The notes under the pieces: generated by a model
Told to the model about the DNA's origin: nothing
The model's database searches: none
Seen by the model: the letters and a program-made list of their open reading frames with translations, nothing else
DNA from: Octopus sinensis
Lineage: Eukaryota
DNA length: 64,000 bases
Assembly (NCBI RefSeq): GCF_006345805.1
Contig: NC_042997.1
Span: 18,600,001-18,664,000 of the forward strand
Direction: 5' to 3'
In this document: piece after piece, positions 1-13,369 of the stretch
How positions within the stretch are numbered: position 1 is the stretch's first letter
Layout: every line of letters starts with the position of its first letter
Made by a program: the position numbers and the translations under genes

Positions 1-314
1 AGAACATGCAAAGGCAACAGAAATGTGATTCATGAAGTAATAAAAATAGTCAGCTAGGGGTGTTTTCTAATATAGTCTGATGATTGTTTGTAAATTAATT
101 TCTCAGAGAAGAAATGACAGACTATTCAATGTGGTTGTTGTGTAGATTGAACTTCAATAGGTTGTGGTTTTTTTATGAAAAATTTGATGGAAGTAAATTA
201 TTAAAATATTTGCAGCTCTCACCCAGAGTGAGTAAGATTGGTATTTAGTGTATTATCTATGTTTGAAGATATAGTGATGATAAAGATCGGTGATAAAGAT
301 GGGTATATGAGTGT

Positions 315-612
315 GTGGATGGCCTAGTGGTTAGAGCAGCGGACATGCGGTCCAGGAATCATGGGGTCGAATCTCAGGCTGGGCGATGCGTGTGTTTATG
401 AACGAAACACCTAAGCTCCACACGGCTCCAGCAGAAGGTAATGGCGAACTTCTGCTGACTTTTTCACCACAACTTTCTCTCACTCTTTCCTCCTGCATTT
501 TGCTGCCCACCTGCAATGGACCGGTGTCCCATCCAGGTGGGAAACCTATATGCTAAGGAAACTGGGAAATTGGCCCTTATGAGCCAGGCATGGCTCAAGA
601 AGGAACAAACAA
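315..612 (+). mobile_element. tRNA-derived SINE, family A (tail variant 1)
   Basis: tRNA-like head with A box (tggcctagtgg) and degenerate B box (gggtcgaatctc). The central acacctaagctcca...actttctctcactcttt block is shared with copies at 27788, 28245 and 47865-48253. Confidence 0.8.
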
Positions 613-809
613 GTATATGAGTGTAAATCTGGAGACATGGTATGCAACTTGTTAGTTTAGAAGAGTAAAGTCATCCTTGACTAAACAACAGCCACAACAA
701 TAGCAGCTGAGTGCTGAGTCCCAGCATGAACTCTAGAAGATGATATAGACTGCAAACCTTTTTGTTTCATCTCACTTGTTTTCTATGTGCAATAAAATAT
801 CAGTAAAAT

Positions 810-1190
810 ATAGCAGGGTACTAAGAGCACCATATGAGTGTGATCGTTGACAGAGCGGCTAACCGGCTTCCATGCCAGTGGCACATAAAAGGCACCATTC
901 GAGTGTGATCATTACCAGCGTTGCCTTACTGGCACTTGTGCCAGTGACATGTGTAAAAACATTCGAGCGAGGTTGTTGCCAGTACCACCTGACTGGCTTC
1001 CATGCCGGTGGCATGGAAAAGCACCCACTACACTCTTGGAGTGGTTGGCGTTAGGAAGGGCATCCAGCTGTAGAAACTCTGCCTGATCAAGATTGGAGCC
1101 TGGTGCAGCCATCTGGTTCACCAGCCCTCAGTCAAATCGTCCAACCCATGCTAGCATGAAAAGCGGACGTTAAATGATGATGATGATGAT
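810..1190 (+). mobile_element. RTE-LINE 3'UTR-type tail (5'-truncated LINE or SINE tail), ending in (TGA)n
   Basis: Motifs gttggcgttaggaagggcatccagctgtagaaa and ccaacccatgctagcatg..aa.cggacgttaaatgatgatgat recur at 7877, 26003(-), 58255(-) and 6722(-). Contains internally repeated gccrgtggca motifs. Confidence 0.8.
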
Positions 1191-2811
1191 CTTCTTCACC
1201 TGAAATGTCATCTTTACCTGAAAATATAGGTCTTAATTTTAAAAATAAAAACTCAATCTCAAAACACATGTGCGCACATGGGCACACACACACATTAATA
1301 GAGATAGGCATATATGGTCTTTCCTAATGCAAATTAGAGCATGTGTGGAAAAAAAAAATCACAGCTAATATATATGTTCATCCATGAATATCAAAAATAC
1401 AAATGACATTTGATACAGCATTGCAAAAGATACAACAAATCCTATTTTGTTTGTTCTTTTCAGCTTCCCATTATTTGGAAACAAGAATGAAATAGTATAA
1501 TGCAATAAGCTATTTAGTGACAATCTTTTATTAGAAAGATTTAGGAGAATATCCTGTGGCAAAATACAAGATTATGTCAGCTATTCTAACAAAAAGATTC
1601 TCTCACCAAATAAAGTAAAAGACATAATCCAAAATGATTAAATAAATAAAATAAAATAAACTTACTACCCAGCAAAAAAAAAAAGATACATTTTTAAAAT
1701 GAAAATTACAGAAAAAGAAGACAAAAAGTCAAAGTATTTTTAAGCAATTTTAAATCATTTCTTCCATAATACCATTCCAAAAGAATATGATTATATATGT
1801 CTGTATATGTGTGTGTGCGTGTGTGTATGTGTCTGTGTGTGTGTATTTATTTTTTGTTCTTAATTAGTTGGTGTGTTGCTATCTGCATGAATCAAGATTG
1901 GATTTATTTTATTTCAATAACCCTGAGCTATAAGAAAACATTGCTCTTTGTATTTCTTTGGAAAATTTATAAATGTAATTATGATGCATTTTTTAAACTT
2001 TTATTTTAGAATTGCATTTGTTGCTGTCATCATAAACATTTCTGACATCACCATCCATAGCATTTTTCTGCTAAACATACTACTATCAGTCGCTAGTTAC
2101 ACATGTTAGTCATTGCTATTAGATTATTGTTTACTAAGGCTTTGTGAAAGTAAGAGGATGTTTGCCAGTTTTAAGCACTGTCATTTGGAAAATCAATTAT
2201 TGGCTTAATAAATGTCTGTCATTTTTTCAAAGTAACAAGTTATATTTAATAAAGGTAAGCTCCTAGTGTCCCTACTAAATGATGCAGTGTCAATTTCCAA
2301 ATGTAGCTAGCTATCTTCGATTCTCTTACATTGCAAACTAATTTTTCCATTTTATAAATGAATCAAATTATCTGTCTGAAGAATGCAATACATTTCTGAG
2401 ATAACATTCCTAGTAAGTAATGAAAGCTTTTCTGAGAGTTTCTCAGGAATTTAGAATACCGAAGAAGAAAACTTTGATCCAGTGTAACCCTCTTTTACAC
2501 ATTATGAAAAGTCCAGACAACCATTTAACCAAAACAACAAAGGAACCATTATTTGACACCAAATTTTATTCTGAAAGTGAGAAGGTAGGAGCAGTTATAA
2601 CATGGAAGATCCATTTTGTCCAATAATAACACAAACTGTTAAATCGACTTTTAATTTACTTCACGAGCTGACTAATATTCATTGCATCACTGCAACTTGG
2701 CCATGCTACAGCTTTGTTGCAACTGATTGAAAATTTGTTTATGACCAGTTCTAACAAGCCTCACTTTTTTTCTTATTTGTTACTTTACATTTAGAAATAT
2801 AGGGAATATTT

Positions 2812-2890
2812 TATTCCTGTAGTGAAGCTGAACCTGGAACAATGTGGTTTAAGCAAGTTACGTACCACACAGCCACTCCTGTGCCTATAT
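2812..2890 (-). mobile_element. SINE head remnant, family B
   Basis: Reverse complement reads ggcacaggagtggctgtgtggta...ttccaggttcag, matching the head at 7474. Confidence 0.6.
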
Positions 2891-3984
2891 ATATATATAT
2901 ATATTCTGCTGAGTAGTGAAGTGAAACAAAAGGAAATGAAAGTCTAACTCCAGTTTCAGTGATAAATCATTTTATCATAATAATTTGGAAAATGAATATG
3001 TTTTTGATGTATGATCAGTGAACAACAAATTCTACTCCATTAATTTAGAATTTTTACTTGATAATATTTATTTAAAACGATGAAATTCAGAATACTTTCC
3101 AGTGTTTATTGTTTAAATTGTGGCATTTATATTTGTAAAATTAATGTAAAGAAGTAAATTGATGGAATAATTAAAGTGGTGAATAATTACCCTGTAGATT
3201 GCGTATTGCAAGCATGCTACTGGCATAATGTTTTGTGAATTATAAGCATATTGGTATATTTGATTAATTTCATTGTGAGTTGTTTAAATGATGGTCCCTG
3301 TTATAAGCAACAGTAATAATACATATATACTTGTATAAGTACATATGTATTTGTATACTGCCACCAGCTCTGCATTGTACTTATAGTCAAGAAAGTTAAC
3401 TCTTAAATGAGTCAATGCAAGTAGTTGAAAACTGGTGTGGATAAACAGAGATAACTTGCTGTTATAGGCTGTAGCAGTACTATAAATTTCATAAGTGATG
3501 TGTTAGCTCTTAGCACTGAAGGATAGTGAAGTAAAAGCGATGTGGCTTATTCTATTGCCAAGTTTAACACCACCATTTGGTCCTTACAGGACATTAGCAA
3601 AGCCAACTAAGTTATAAGTATTCAGACCAGAATATCATCATCTTGACGACAAATTCCTTACTTCTACAAATCTTGAAGGTCCTGAAATGGACCATGAGAT
3701 ACTACCTTTCCTCCTCTGGTTTTACCATTTAAAATTAGAAATATTCAATGAAGGCCAAAATTTACTCAACTTTCTTAGCCTACTTCCCTATTATATCTAG
3801 ACTCTAATTCTGATAGTTCTGATTATGGTACTTTACAATTATATCTGGTTCCTAGTTCTGATATGCATTAGTGCATCCATATTATATGTCATGCTCAGGC
3901 ATTCACCAACAAGTAGAAATTGTACTTGACTATTAGAGCCTTCATGACAATGATACATAAAAATTCAAGTTACTGTTGTTTAAC

Positions 3985-4490
3985 TCCATTTCATCTCCGA
4001 TCAAATAGCTATGATCAAAAGACATTCCAAATGTGGCTATTTCATCCATTTTGTTTTTCAAATGTATTGTTTCTATAATCCCCTTACCTAATATGTCCTG
4101 TTTTTAAAATAACGGTGTATGATTTGAGGGAGATTTTCCAATTGATTTTAGCAGGTCAGATAACCATAGAGAGGTTTCCTCACTTGCTATAATTTTAAGT
4201 GTTTCATGTTGAAAAAAATGCTCTATAGCTTTTTGCTTGAGAAGCAAACATGTATCTCTTTAGGAAACAAATGATTTATTTCTCAGAAAAAAATACTTAC
4301 TGCTTAAAACAAATTTAAGGAGTCCAATACTGCTAGATATCTGTTGCTGTTGTTCAAGTCAGAACTGATTGACCAGACCAGTGATCAAAGGCATTCCAGT
4401 CATGACCAAATCTTTTTTTAGGGATGTTTAGTAATACATTATTGAATGCATTCTCTTTTCAAATAGCTGCTATTTCTAACAGGCCAAACA
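3985..4490 (+). repeat. Two degenerate copies of an unclassified ~180-bp interspersed repeat
   Basis: Shared caaa(g/r)gcattcca...gctatttctagcagg motifs. Further copies at ~9900-10090 (+) and at several sites between 57.4 and 63.5 kb (-). Confidence 0.5.
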
Positions 4491-6721
4491 ACCAGAATGT
4501 GGCTTCTTTTATGGATTGTTATTTAATATGGTAGATCTACAGAGGCAGGAGGAGAATGGGTCAAGTATGATCAATTTGATATAAATAATCAAGATGTATG
4601 AAAAGCCAATTAGATGTGAGGTGACAGGGTTATAGGCATTAAAGACATCATGTAGGAGAGACAGTTCTTGACAGCAATTACCAACTACTCTTGACAGCTA
4701 AGTGTTTGGTGAATAGTTTTCTTCTTGCTACACATTCCATAAACAACATAAACCCACATCCCCAAAACCACTTTCAGCATGTTTAAGCTATGCAGAAATC
4801 CATTTTTTAAAGATACTATTAGTTAGTCTGTGGAGAAGAAGCAATACCTAACCCCTTTGCAGGGTTTACCAGACTGGCTCATTTGATGCTCAGTATGAAT
4901 ATCTTTACAGAGAAAATATGGGTGGGAAGATAATTCAAAAGGGATTATTGGGCAACTTGTTTAGTATGGAATCTGAGAGATGAGAAATAGTAAAGATGTT
5001 GAGAGAAGAAAAGAGGAATGTGCTAAGTAGACCAGGGGTGGAGAATGGAAACGTAATTTGGAAGAAGCTGTCTATCATTAATAGTTGGTCAGCATTTACC
5101 CACCATTACAATGACAGAAATTTGCTCACTGGGAAGTTTAAGGTTGTTAATAAGGCTATAACAAGCACATTACATCAGCAGCACTCAAGACACAATTGCT
5201 TCACACATTAAGGAAGCAATGTTGTACTACGACTTAATATATATATTAATAATACACAATTTAAACCTTTTAAGTGGCTGCAAGTGCTAGGTTTGAAAAA
5301 CTCTAACAACCTCTCATGGCATTGACACATACACACATATATAACCCTGTCAAAACTGCATTCCAAAGACATAGCATCTCCTTCAAGACCACAAGATAAT
5401 TCAACTATCGTAAGTTGCTGATACCCTACAGAGCTCAAGTGGAATCCTTATGGTAGTACCTTTAATATATCTGCAGCAATACTGCTGTGATACATATTAA
5501 CATTTTAAACTGCATGTAAAAGAAATTTTTCAGCTGTTTGGCAAAGATTTATTCATCAATGCACTTTAACCGACGGGTCAATGATATGATGTTTCTTCTT
5601 TCTGACTTATCTATAGCTACTATGCCTGAATCTGCTCCTCTGATGTAACTGATGGAATACTTGACTCTTCTCTTCATTCATACTATGACTCTTTGTTCAG
5701 GCACCACGCTAAACACTTTGACACTAGAGGCTATCTTCAGAATAGAAAGATATGGAAAAACAATAAGTGAAGAGGTGATCTGAATCACAAAGTATCGAAA
5801 TGACCTATAATTTGAGTGACGTGATAACGTTTTACATTGTAGGCCCAGCCAGTCTATGCCAGTATAAAAAAATGGACATTATCCTGATCAGCATCAACGT
5901 TATCATCTCTATTATTCCTTCCATGATGATGATACCTTGGAAATGTTTGAAACATAGGCATAAAATAATTACTTGATGACTATAGTAGATAACAGTTCTA
6001 ACATTAATTTTATAGCATTATATTTATGAAAGTATAGACAAAGATATAAATTCATTGTACCTATCTGTCCATGAAATCATCTCATATCCCAAAGTTATTG
6101 TTATTTTTGCTTTGCTATTTATCTCCATATGATCACCATAACCCTATCTTTTAAAGCCCAGATATATATGGAAGATCTGTGAAAAATTTTTTTCCTTGTT
6201 GCCATAAAATTTTTTTATCAAGAAATCTGCTAACATCGTTATTTATATTAATAACCAAACCAACAATCTCAGTCACTTTTCAAATGCATTAATATTTTTC
6301 ATGTAATACACACTGAACATCTGTCTTCACCATTTTCAATGCTTTTTCAGCTCTGCTCGTCAGTTCTAACCATATTTGTTTCATTGTCATCATCCTCATA
6401 TTTTAGCAGCCAATTTTTCATGCTGGTAGAATTTGTTGAGGCACATTTTCTATGATTGGATGCCATTCCTGTCCCTTGCCCCACTTATTTTCAAGAAAGG
6501 TAACATTTCCCCATGACCAAACATGTTTCAGAAGGTTGGAAACAAAGAGCATGCTTGTATATCAGGGTCACTTGTTTCGTTCATCATGTGATTTCAAGAT
6601 GATGAACTCATATTCATATGCACACATAAGCTTGTAGTATACACATGCACACACATACATGTGTGTGTTTGTGCATGTGTGTGTGTATGTGTGTGTTTGT
6701 GTGTGTGTGGGGGGGGTATAT

Positions 6722-7205
6722 CATCATCATTATTTAGCATCTGTTTTCCATTTTGGCATGGGTTACATGGTTTTTACTGGGACTGGTAAACCTGAGAAAT
6801 GTACCAAGCCCCAGTCTGATTTGGCTTGGTTTCTATGGCTGGACGCCTTTCCTAATGTTAACCACCCCAGAAGTGCAGTCACACTTTTATGTGTCGCTGG
6901 CACAGGTGCCTTTTACGTGACACCAGCACTGGCCACAACTATGATTTCACTTGGTTTGACATGTCTTCTCAGTAGGAAATCACCCAGCAAAATGCCAAAG
7001 ATTTCGATCAATTATCATTGCCTCTGCAAGACCCAACATCCAAAGATCATGCCTCATCACTTTGTCCTATGCCTTCCTGGGTCAACCTCTACCACGGGTT
7101 TTCTCCTCAGTTAGAGGCTGGCTCTTCTTTACGCAGCTGTCCTCATCCATATGCATCACCCGACCATACCAGCACAGTCTTCTCCCTTGCTCACCACATG
7201 AGAGA
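6722..7205 (-). mobile_element. RTE-clade LINE 3' end: end of ORF plus 3'UTR and (TGA)n tail
   Basis: Minus frame at ~7000-7200 reads CGEQGRRLCWYGRVMHMDEDSCVKKSQPLTEEKTRGRG*PRKA*DKVMRHDL, the typical RTE C-terminus (LRWYGHV..M...RGRPRKTW). It is followed by the same tail as 810-1190. Confidence 0.8.
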
Positions 7206-7473
7206 AGACTTTGCTAGTATGATGATGTGATGCATACAAACATATATATGCAGCAGCATGGGTTAGAAATAAATGAACTTTAGGTTAGCTAAAATATGTT
7301 TGTGACATATCTCAACTTCTAAAGATATGGAATTTTTACACCTTTTACCATAAGAGAGAATTTTTTATTTGTGATAGCTGCAGTGAAATTGTTTTTAGAA
7401 GCTGAAATATGTCATAAATATATTTTAACTAACCTTATGAAAACATATATACAATTATATATATATATATATA

Positions 7474-7642
7474 GGTGCAGGAAAGGCTGTGTGGTAAGTA
7501 GCTTGCTTACCAACCACATAGTTCCAGGTTCAGTCCCACTGCATGGCATCTTGGGCAAGTGTCTTCTACTATAGCCTTGAGGTGACTAAAGCCCTATGAG
7601 TAAATTTGGTAGATGGAAACTGAAAGAAGCCCATCGTATATG

Positions 7643-7673
<31 letters not shown>

Positions 7674-7876
7674 ATTTATGTTTGTGTCTGTATTTGTACC
7701 CTCACAACATCGCTTGACAACAGATGCTGGTGTGTTTTTACCTCCCCGTAACTTAGTGGTTCAGCAAAAGACTCTGATAGAATAAGTACTAGGCTTACAA
7801 AGTATAAGTCCTGGGGTCGATTTCCTCGACTAAAGGTGGTGCTCCAGCATGACTGCAGTCTGATGACTGAAACAAT
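7474..7876 (+). mobile_element. tRNA-headed SINE, family B (CORE-like ttgggcaagt motif), with internal (TA/TG)n
   Basis: Head ggctgtgtggtaagtagcttgct...ggttcagtcccactg, then cttgggcaagtgtcttctactatagcc, and tail ending ccagcatgactgcagtctgatgactgaaacaa. Homologous to 46305-46712(-). Confidence 0.8.
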
Positions 7877-8098
7877 CGTGGCCATTTGCCAGCCTCCTCT
7901 GGCCCCTGTGCTGGTGGCACGTAAAAAGCACTCACTACACTCATGGAGTGGTTGGCATTAGGAAGAGCATCCAGCTGTAGAAACACTGCCAGATCAGACT
8001 GGAGCCTGGTGCAGCCTTATGGCTTCCCAGACCTCAGTCGAACTGTCCAACCCATGCTAGCATGGAAAACGGACGTTAAATGATGATGATGATGATGA
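7877..8098 (+). mobile_element. RTE-type 3' tail fused directly after the SINE
   Basis: Same tail as 990-1190, ending ggacgttaaatgatgatgatgat. Confidence 0.8.
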
Positions 8099-8702
8099 TA
8101 TATATATATATATATAATTATATGACAGTATTCTTTGTTCCCACCTGCAACATTTTGGTCAGCCAAAATGCAGAAAACATATGCTCAAGGTCCATACTGT
8201 AGGACTGAACTTGAAAAGATGTGGTTGGGAAGCAAGGTTCTTAACCATACAGCCATATTTATGTCAATACATATATTTTTATTAGAACTGTTATGTCACT
8301 CAAAATCGAAATTTTTGTGCCTTATCATCGATGATAATGTCTATTAATTTACAAGTGCTATTTAGAGTTAAACCATGTATACTATAGAGGGAATTTCTTT
8401 TTATTTATTTCGACTGAAATATTATAAGTAGAGAATGCAAGTGAGAGGCGTCAATCTTCTTAACTAACTTTATTCATTTCATATAAGTTCATGATAACTT
8501 CCAAACTTTTTTATAAATACTGTTAATCTTCTTAATTTATAACCTCTGTCATTGTCCATTGAAATCACTATATCCCCATTTACGTATCCTATACATTTCA
8601 TCCTACTTCACATTTTACAAGACATTAATTTTTCCTTTTCCTCATCTGTTTTACAGCCATTTCATTACATGTTTTGCTATGCACATCACTGAATTTAATC
8701 GT

Positions 8703-8933
8703 TTACCCTGCAACCCCACTTAACATCATTTGATGTGTGAAATTTCGATACATTAAGTTGATGTCAGAAATATTCTTTAACAAGTCCGTCTCAAGATCTA
8801 ACTCCTCTTCAAGTCTTGCAATATCTAGGAAATACTTATCTGTATTTGCACTATTAAGTCTATTTGTCAACATTGATTGTTTAATGTTCTCTTCCATCAA
8901 AGCTTTTACATTTATCTTTACTTTGGTAAACAA
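8703..8933 (-). CDS. Candidate coding segment of an unidentified gene or pseudogene (acidic, helical-looking peptide)
   Basis: 76-codon open frame ...DIARLEEELDLETDLLKNISDINLMYRNF... with protein-like composition and an antisense shadow ORF. Possible donor GCAGG|gtaaac. No recognised homology. Confidence 0.3.
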   Translation of the reverse strand: MFTKVKINVKALMEENIKQSMLTNRLNSANTDKYFLDIARLEEELDLETDLLKNISDINLMYRNFTHQMMLSGVAG

Positions 8934-9343
8934 GTGACAGATTTTCTAATGTTAAAAGCTCTTCTATTTTTAATGATTCTGCACACCGAGTGAGATGAAC
9001 AGAAACAATTTTTTTTTTCTGTTTACAAAGTTGTTAGAGGATTTACAAAATTAAAACCTGGTCATAAACACATGCTAGTGATAATAAAAGATATCTGGGA
9101 ATGGGAAAATATTGTTATATTAATCTTTAGCAAAAGAAAACCCTCTAGTTTTTAACGGTAAATTGATGAAAAAATGAGACAAAAATGGAACACACTGATA
9201 TACAGAAAATATGGTTTTTAACTTAAGTGAAGATTTTACTCTCTCTTTCTCAGTTTATTTTTTCCTCTTTTCCAGCTACTTGTCCTGAAAATCTATCAAT
9301 GGAATTTATAGCAATGACAGATCTGTCAAATAAAAGAAATTAC

Positions 9344-9457
9344 TTCCTTCTTTTAGCAGATTCTTCAATACAAATTGAAGTTCCATTAGAGGGAATATGG
9401 ATTCTGTGATAGGTATTTCAAGAAGCACTAAGTATTTTATCAAAGTATTTCCTAATC
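9344..9457 (-). CDS. Candidate 114-nt internal exon (phase 1-1)
   Basis: Acceptor ttttcttgattatttcag, donor GAA|gtaatt, open frame GLGNTLIKYLVLLEIPITESIFPLMELQFVLKNLLKEG. Confidence 0.25.
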
Positions 9458-12224
9458 CTGAAATAATCAAGAAAATAAATGAACACATAAATGTTTCCTA
9501 ACTTTTATTTTATCAGAATATTCAATATCACAAAAAAGTATTCTATAAAATAGCTTCCACTTATGTTTAACAGTTTAAAATAGAGTTAATTTTAGATTGA
9601 TGTATTCTTTCTCATAGTTGCTTTTTATTACACATATTTGCAATTTTTTTGTTCCCCTTGTCAGGATCGTAGTGAAAATTATTTTTAAGCACAATTATGA
9701 AATAAATATGTTCTATAGAACATTTTATAAGGGAAGATGCATTTTCTCCTGAAAATGTGCACCAACTTAAAATGACACCTTATGTTTACGAGATGACACC
9801 TGTCATATTATTTAATGAACTTTACACCATTTTTAAAAATACAAATTTATTTTTGAAATCTTATTAATAGTGATTAATTAAAAAAATTGTTGTTGTTTAG
9901 CTTCTGGTCAGTCATTGTTTGAGTAGACCTATAATCAAAGACATTCCAAATTTGATCATCATATCTTATTTCAGGTACTGTACATTTAGGACTGTACTAT
10001 GGTCTCTTTCTCCTTTTAAGATAGTAGGATATAATTTTCTAGATATTTGGCTACTATTTCTAGCAGGTCTAATGACTGCATAGAGACTTTCTTCAGTTCA
10101 TTGTTAAAGGAATGGACTCCTCTGGTGAAATATTTTGCTGAAATTCTCCTAAAGACAGCCAACCAAATTAATCTTCTCAACAGGTAAAATTAATTGACTA
10201 TCGTAAAATAGCTAGTAATCAAGTAAGTGTAGTTAAATGAAGCAATAAAATGGTTGTAATTGGTAAACAGTTTTCAGTAAGACAAGACATACTAATGGAT
10301 TTAAATATGAGAGGAAGTTAGAAGTGCAAGATACAATCAACACAGCTTGAACTAATGTAGTTACAGAAAATTAGAGTTCCTCTAGAATAAACCTAATAGA
10401 GCTATTTAATAAAGTTAATTAACTTAAGTGAAACACTTTATTTCTGACTATTCTATGTTTCAACATGATGACATTGTGGAAATAAATTAGTACTTTTATT
10501 TGTTTATTTGTTTTCTTCTTAGACTGAATTCCGTAGTACTTCTAACAATTGGCTCAACAAGACCAAATTCCAAATTAGTTTTGGTTTAGGGTTAGAATAA
10601 AAAAAAAACCTTTTGCTATACAAAAGCAAGTTTGATTTGGATCAATTTAGACAAAGAAAAAAATAAATAAACAAACAAACAAATAAATAAATAAATAAAG
10701 TATTAGGCTTTAGTTGTCGTTTATCTTCAGGTAATCCCTTAATAAGTAGCCATGATAATTTTCTGTTTTTTTTTTCAGACATAGTGTCTTTAGGATTACA
10801 TTAACCTTCCAATATGACCTGTCTTTTATAAGATGGGCAGTATGCGTTTGAAGAGTGTTTTACTTATTATTTTTTCAGGTCAAGTGATGACCACACAGAT
10901 CCGTTCACATTAGTTTTATTAGGCTTCAGTAAAAGCGAATAAAAATTTGTGTAACCCTATATTTTCTGTTTGAGAATTGTCAACAGTGGATAGACATGAA
11001 AGATCTAGCCCAAGAACTAGGATGAGCAAAATATATAAGAGCTTAGAAAGGTAAGCCTCAGGGATGAGAAAATGCATTATAGGAAGAAATACTGATAAAG
11101 TGAATAAAGTGCCATTTTGAAGAGTGTCTAAAGCATCTCATGAAAACTTTGATATTAAACTAATGGTGATGAGAAGGAGGATATCAATTGACTATGAAAT
11201 ACAATAAAATAAGAGAAGGTCGAATTGACAAAGATAATCAGCACTTCGAGATCCCAGCTTTAATTGTATCTTCACTATTACAGCATATATCAATTTAAAA
11301 GTAAAATATTCAGTATCTAATATATTGACAAATATAATTATTTAATTAAAATGTGTGGTAAGTGAATATGGATGTAAATGCTTTAGCCTAATAAATAATT
11401 CCCTTAAAAGACTTGAAATTCTTCCATTCTATTAATACATTTCTTCAATTCCAAATGGCTTATGAAATAAGTGTGGCAACATTCCAGCATATATTTGTAT
11501 ATCTAGATAATATATTTAAGAATTTGGATGATCTCTGGGAGTCCGTGAATTGGAACAGTTAACTAATGAAATATTTCCATCTTGCCATCTGAATAGAAAC
11601 CTTTCTATTTGATCACATAAGCAGGGAGTTTTACTAATTAATTTATCAGTATCTTTGGCAATACTGAAACTCTAAAAACTCATTAACAATGATAATTCAT
11701 TACATTTAGATATACCTATTATAAAGCTAAGATGAAATTGAAAATATCTCAACAAAAAGAAAAAACAAAACAAAACAAAAAAAGGCAAGAATATAACTGT
11801 TTAAGGTATTGGAATTGGTTATCAGTTGACAGCAAACAGTAATACACAGCAGTTCATTCTAGTTTTCTTTTAAATCATTTTTATTGATGCATACATTCAA
11901 CAGATTTTCAATTTCTTCATTATGAAATTTAGCCCATATAATAAAGTTTCCCACAATAGAGGTTGAGTTGCTTCATTCGTTTTATGTCAGTTTTTCCATG
12001 TTGGCATGAGTCAGATGAGTACTTATTGAAGAGCTTTACCACTCGTTGTCCTTCCTACCAACAACACTTGTCTGTTATTTACATAAAAGTTCTTTACATT
12101 TCTCTTTAGAAGTAGAGAGCTAAAGAACAGCTCTATGACAGGAAAGTTCAACATGACGTCACCCTGTACACACACACACATACATGTGTGTGTGTGTGTG
12201 CGTGCGTGCATGCACAGTGGGCTT

Positions 12225-12372
12225 TAATACAGTTTTCACCTACCACTTCCACTCAGTCACTGATCAGTTCAAGGCTGCAATAAAAGATGTCTGTCAAAGA
12301 TGCCATGCAGTGAGATAAAACTCAGAACCAGTAACTATGAAGCAGATTTCATATCCTCATAACCATGCCTGT
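12225..12372 (-). mobile_element. SINE family B head remnant
   Basis: Antisense of the family B head/CORE region (aagatgtctgtcaaagatgccatgcagtgag...ccatgcctgtgc). Confidence 0.6.
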
Positions 12373-12792
12373 GCTTTATTCTCTAAAAAAATTATTGGAG
12401 ATTCATTATTCAGAGACACCATCCTTATAAAAACAATAGTTAACATAATTTGTCTAATGAACAAATATGGTAATTAAAAATAATTACACAGTAGGGTAAA
12501 GACAATATTTGCTTGTTGAATATTATTTTAATAATTTCAATAAGAATGGAATTCATCTCTAAACATACTTCAGGAATATTGAACCTTCCTAGCAAACAAT
12601 AAAATTGTACTTGCTGAAGAAGAGATGCGAAAAACCACAAAGTGAATGTGCTGTGTTGTACTTGTGGAGCCATAATTATTTCAAGTTAAATTCTTGATAC
12701 TAATTCCAACAAATAAGTTAGCAATAGTTTTATACTTATCATACTTTGATGCCATTCACAACACTTTTATCATTTTATATCCTTTTATATCT

Positions 12793-13024
12793 ATTTCTTT
12801 ACTACCCACAAGGGGCTAAACACAGAGGGGACAAACAAGGACAGACAAACAGATTAAGTCGATTATATCGACCCCAGTGCGTAACTGGTACTTAATTTAT
12901 TGACTCCAAAAGGATGAAAGGCAAAGTCGACCTCGACGGGATTTGAACTCAGAACGCAGTGGCAGATGAAATACTGCTAAGCATTTCGCCCGGCGTGCTA
13001 ACGTTTCTGCCAGCTTGCCGCCTT
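12793..13024 (-). mobile_element. tRNA-derived SINE, family D
   Basis: Reverse complement of the 20241 copy: A-box-like gctggcagaaacgttagc, B box gttcaaatcc, and gtcgactttgcctttcatcc. Confidence 0.85.
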
Positions 13025-13369
13025 ATATGCTTTTATATCATCTATATCACATATTAAAATTCATCAGCTAGTTCCTCTTATTCTTTATGCTATCCAGTTC
13101 AGTCGATTATTTTATTTCATTAGTGTAACACATATTGTTCTTCTATTTATGTCATAGGCACAACAATATGTATACTTTTAGGGATCTCTTCAACCAATCA
13201 TGAAGAAGATTGGCATTTGCCCATGCATGCATGTTTCCCCCCTCTCTTCACCACCACTGTTTATTCAAGAAGAAAGGCCACGAACTTGGACTGATAGAGC
13301 TAAACCTCTGTATTATTGCAAACATTGCTGTTAAAATGCAAAGAGACAGAAAAGATACTTCAAGACATT

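Noticed and set aside
2457-2584. Possible plus exon EFRIPKKK...FYSESEK; similar weak candidates at 1464, 9276, 10987, 29781, 45543, 51748 and 53903
   Set aside because: Each has one weak splice site, an internal stop or no phase partner. Such AG...GT pairs are expected by chance in AT-rich DNA.
5208-5438. CGLEGDAMSLEC, reminiscent of the start of a SUEL/Gal-lectin domain
   Set aside because: The remaining cysteine pattern is absent, the frame runs into a TG repeat, and the splice sites are weak.
6659-7114. 151-aa plus-strand ORF
   Set aside because: It is the antisense of an RTE 3' end plus a TG microsatellite.
12023-12180. Minus frame RQVLLVGRTTSGKA resembling a GTPase P-loop
   Set aside because: It has GKA instead of GK[ST], a stop follows three codons later, and there is no further GTPase motif. 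Likely chance.
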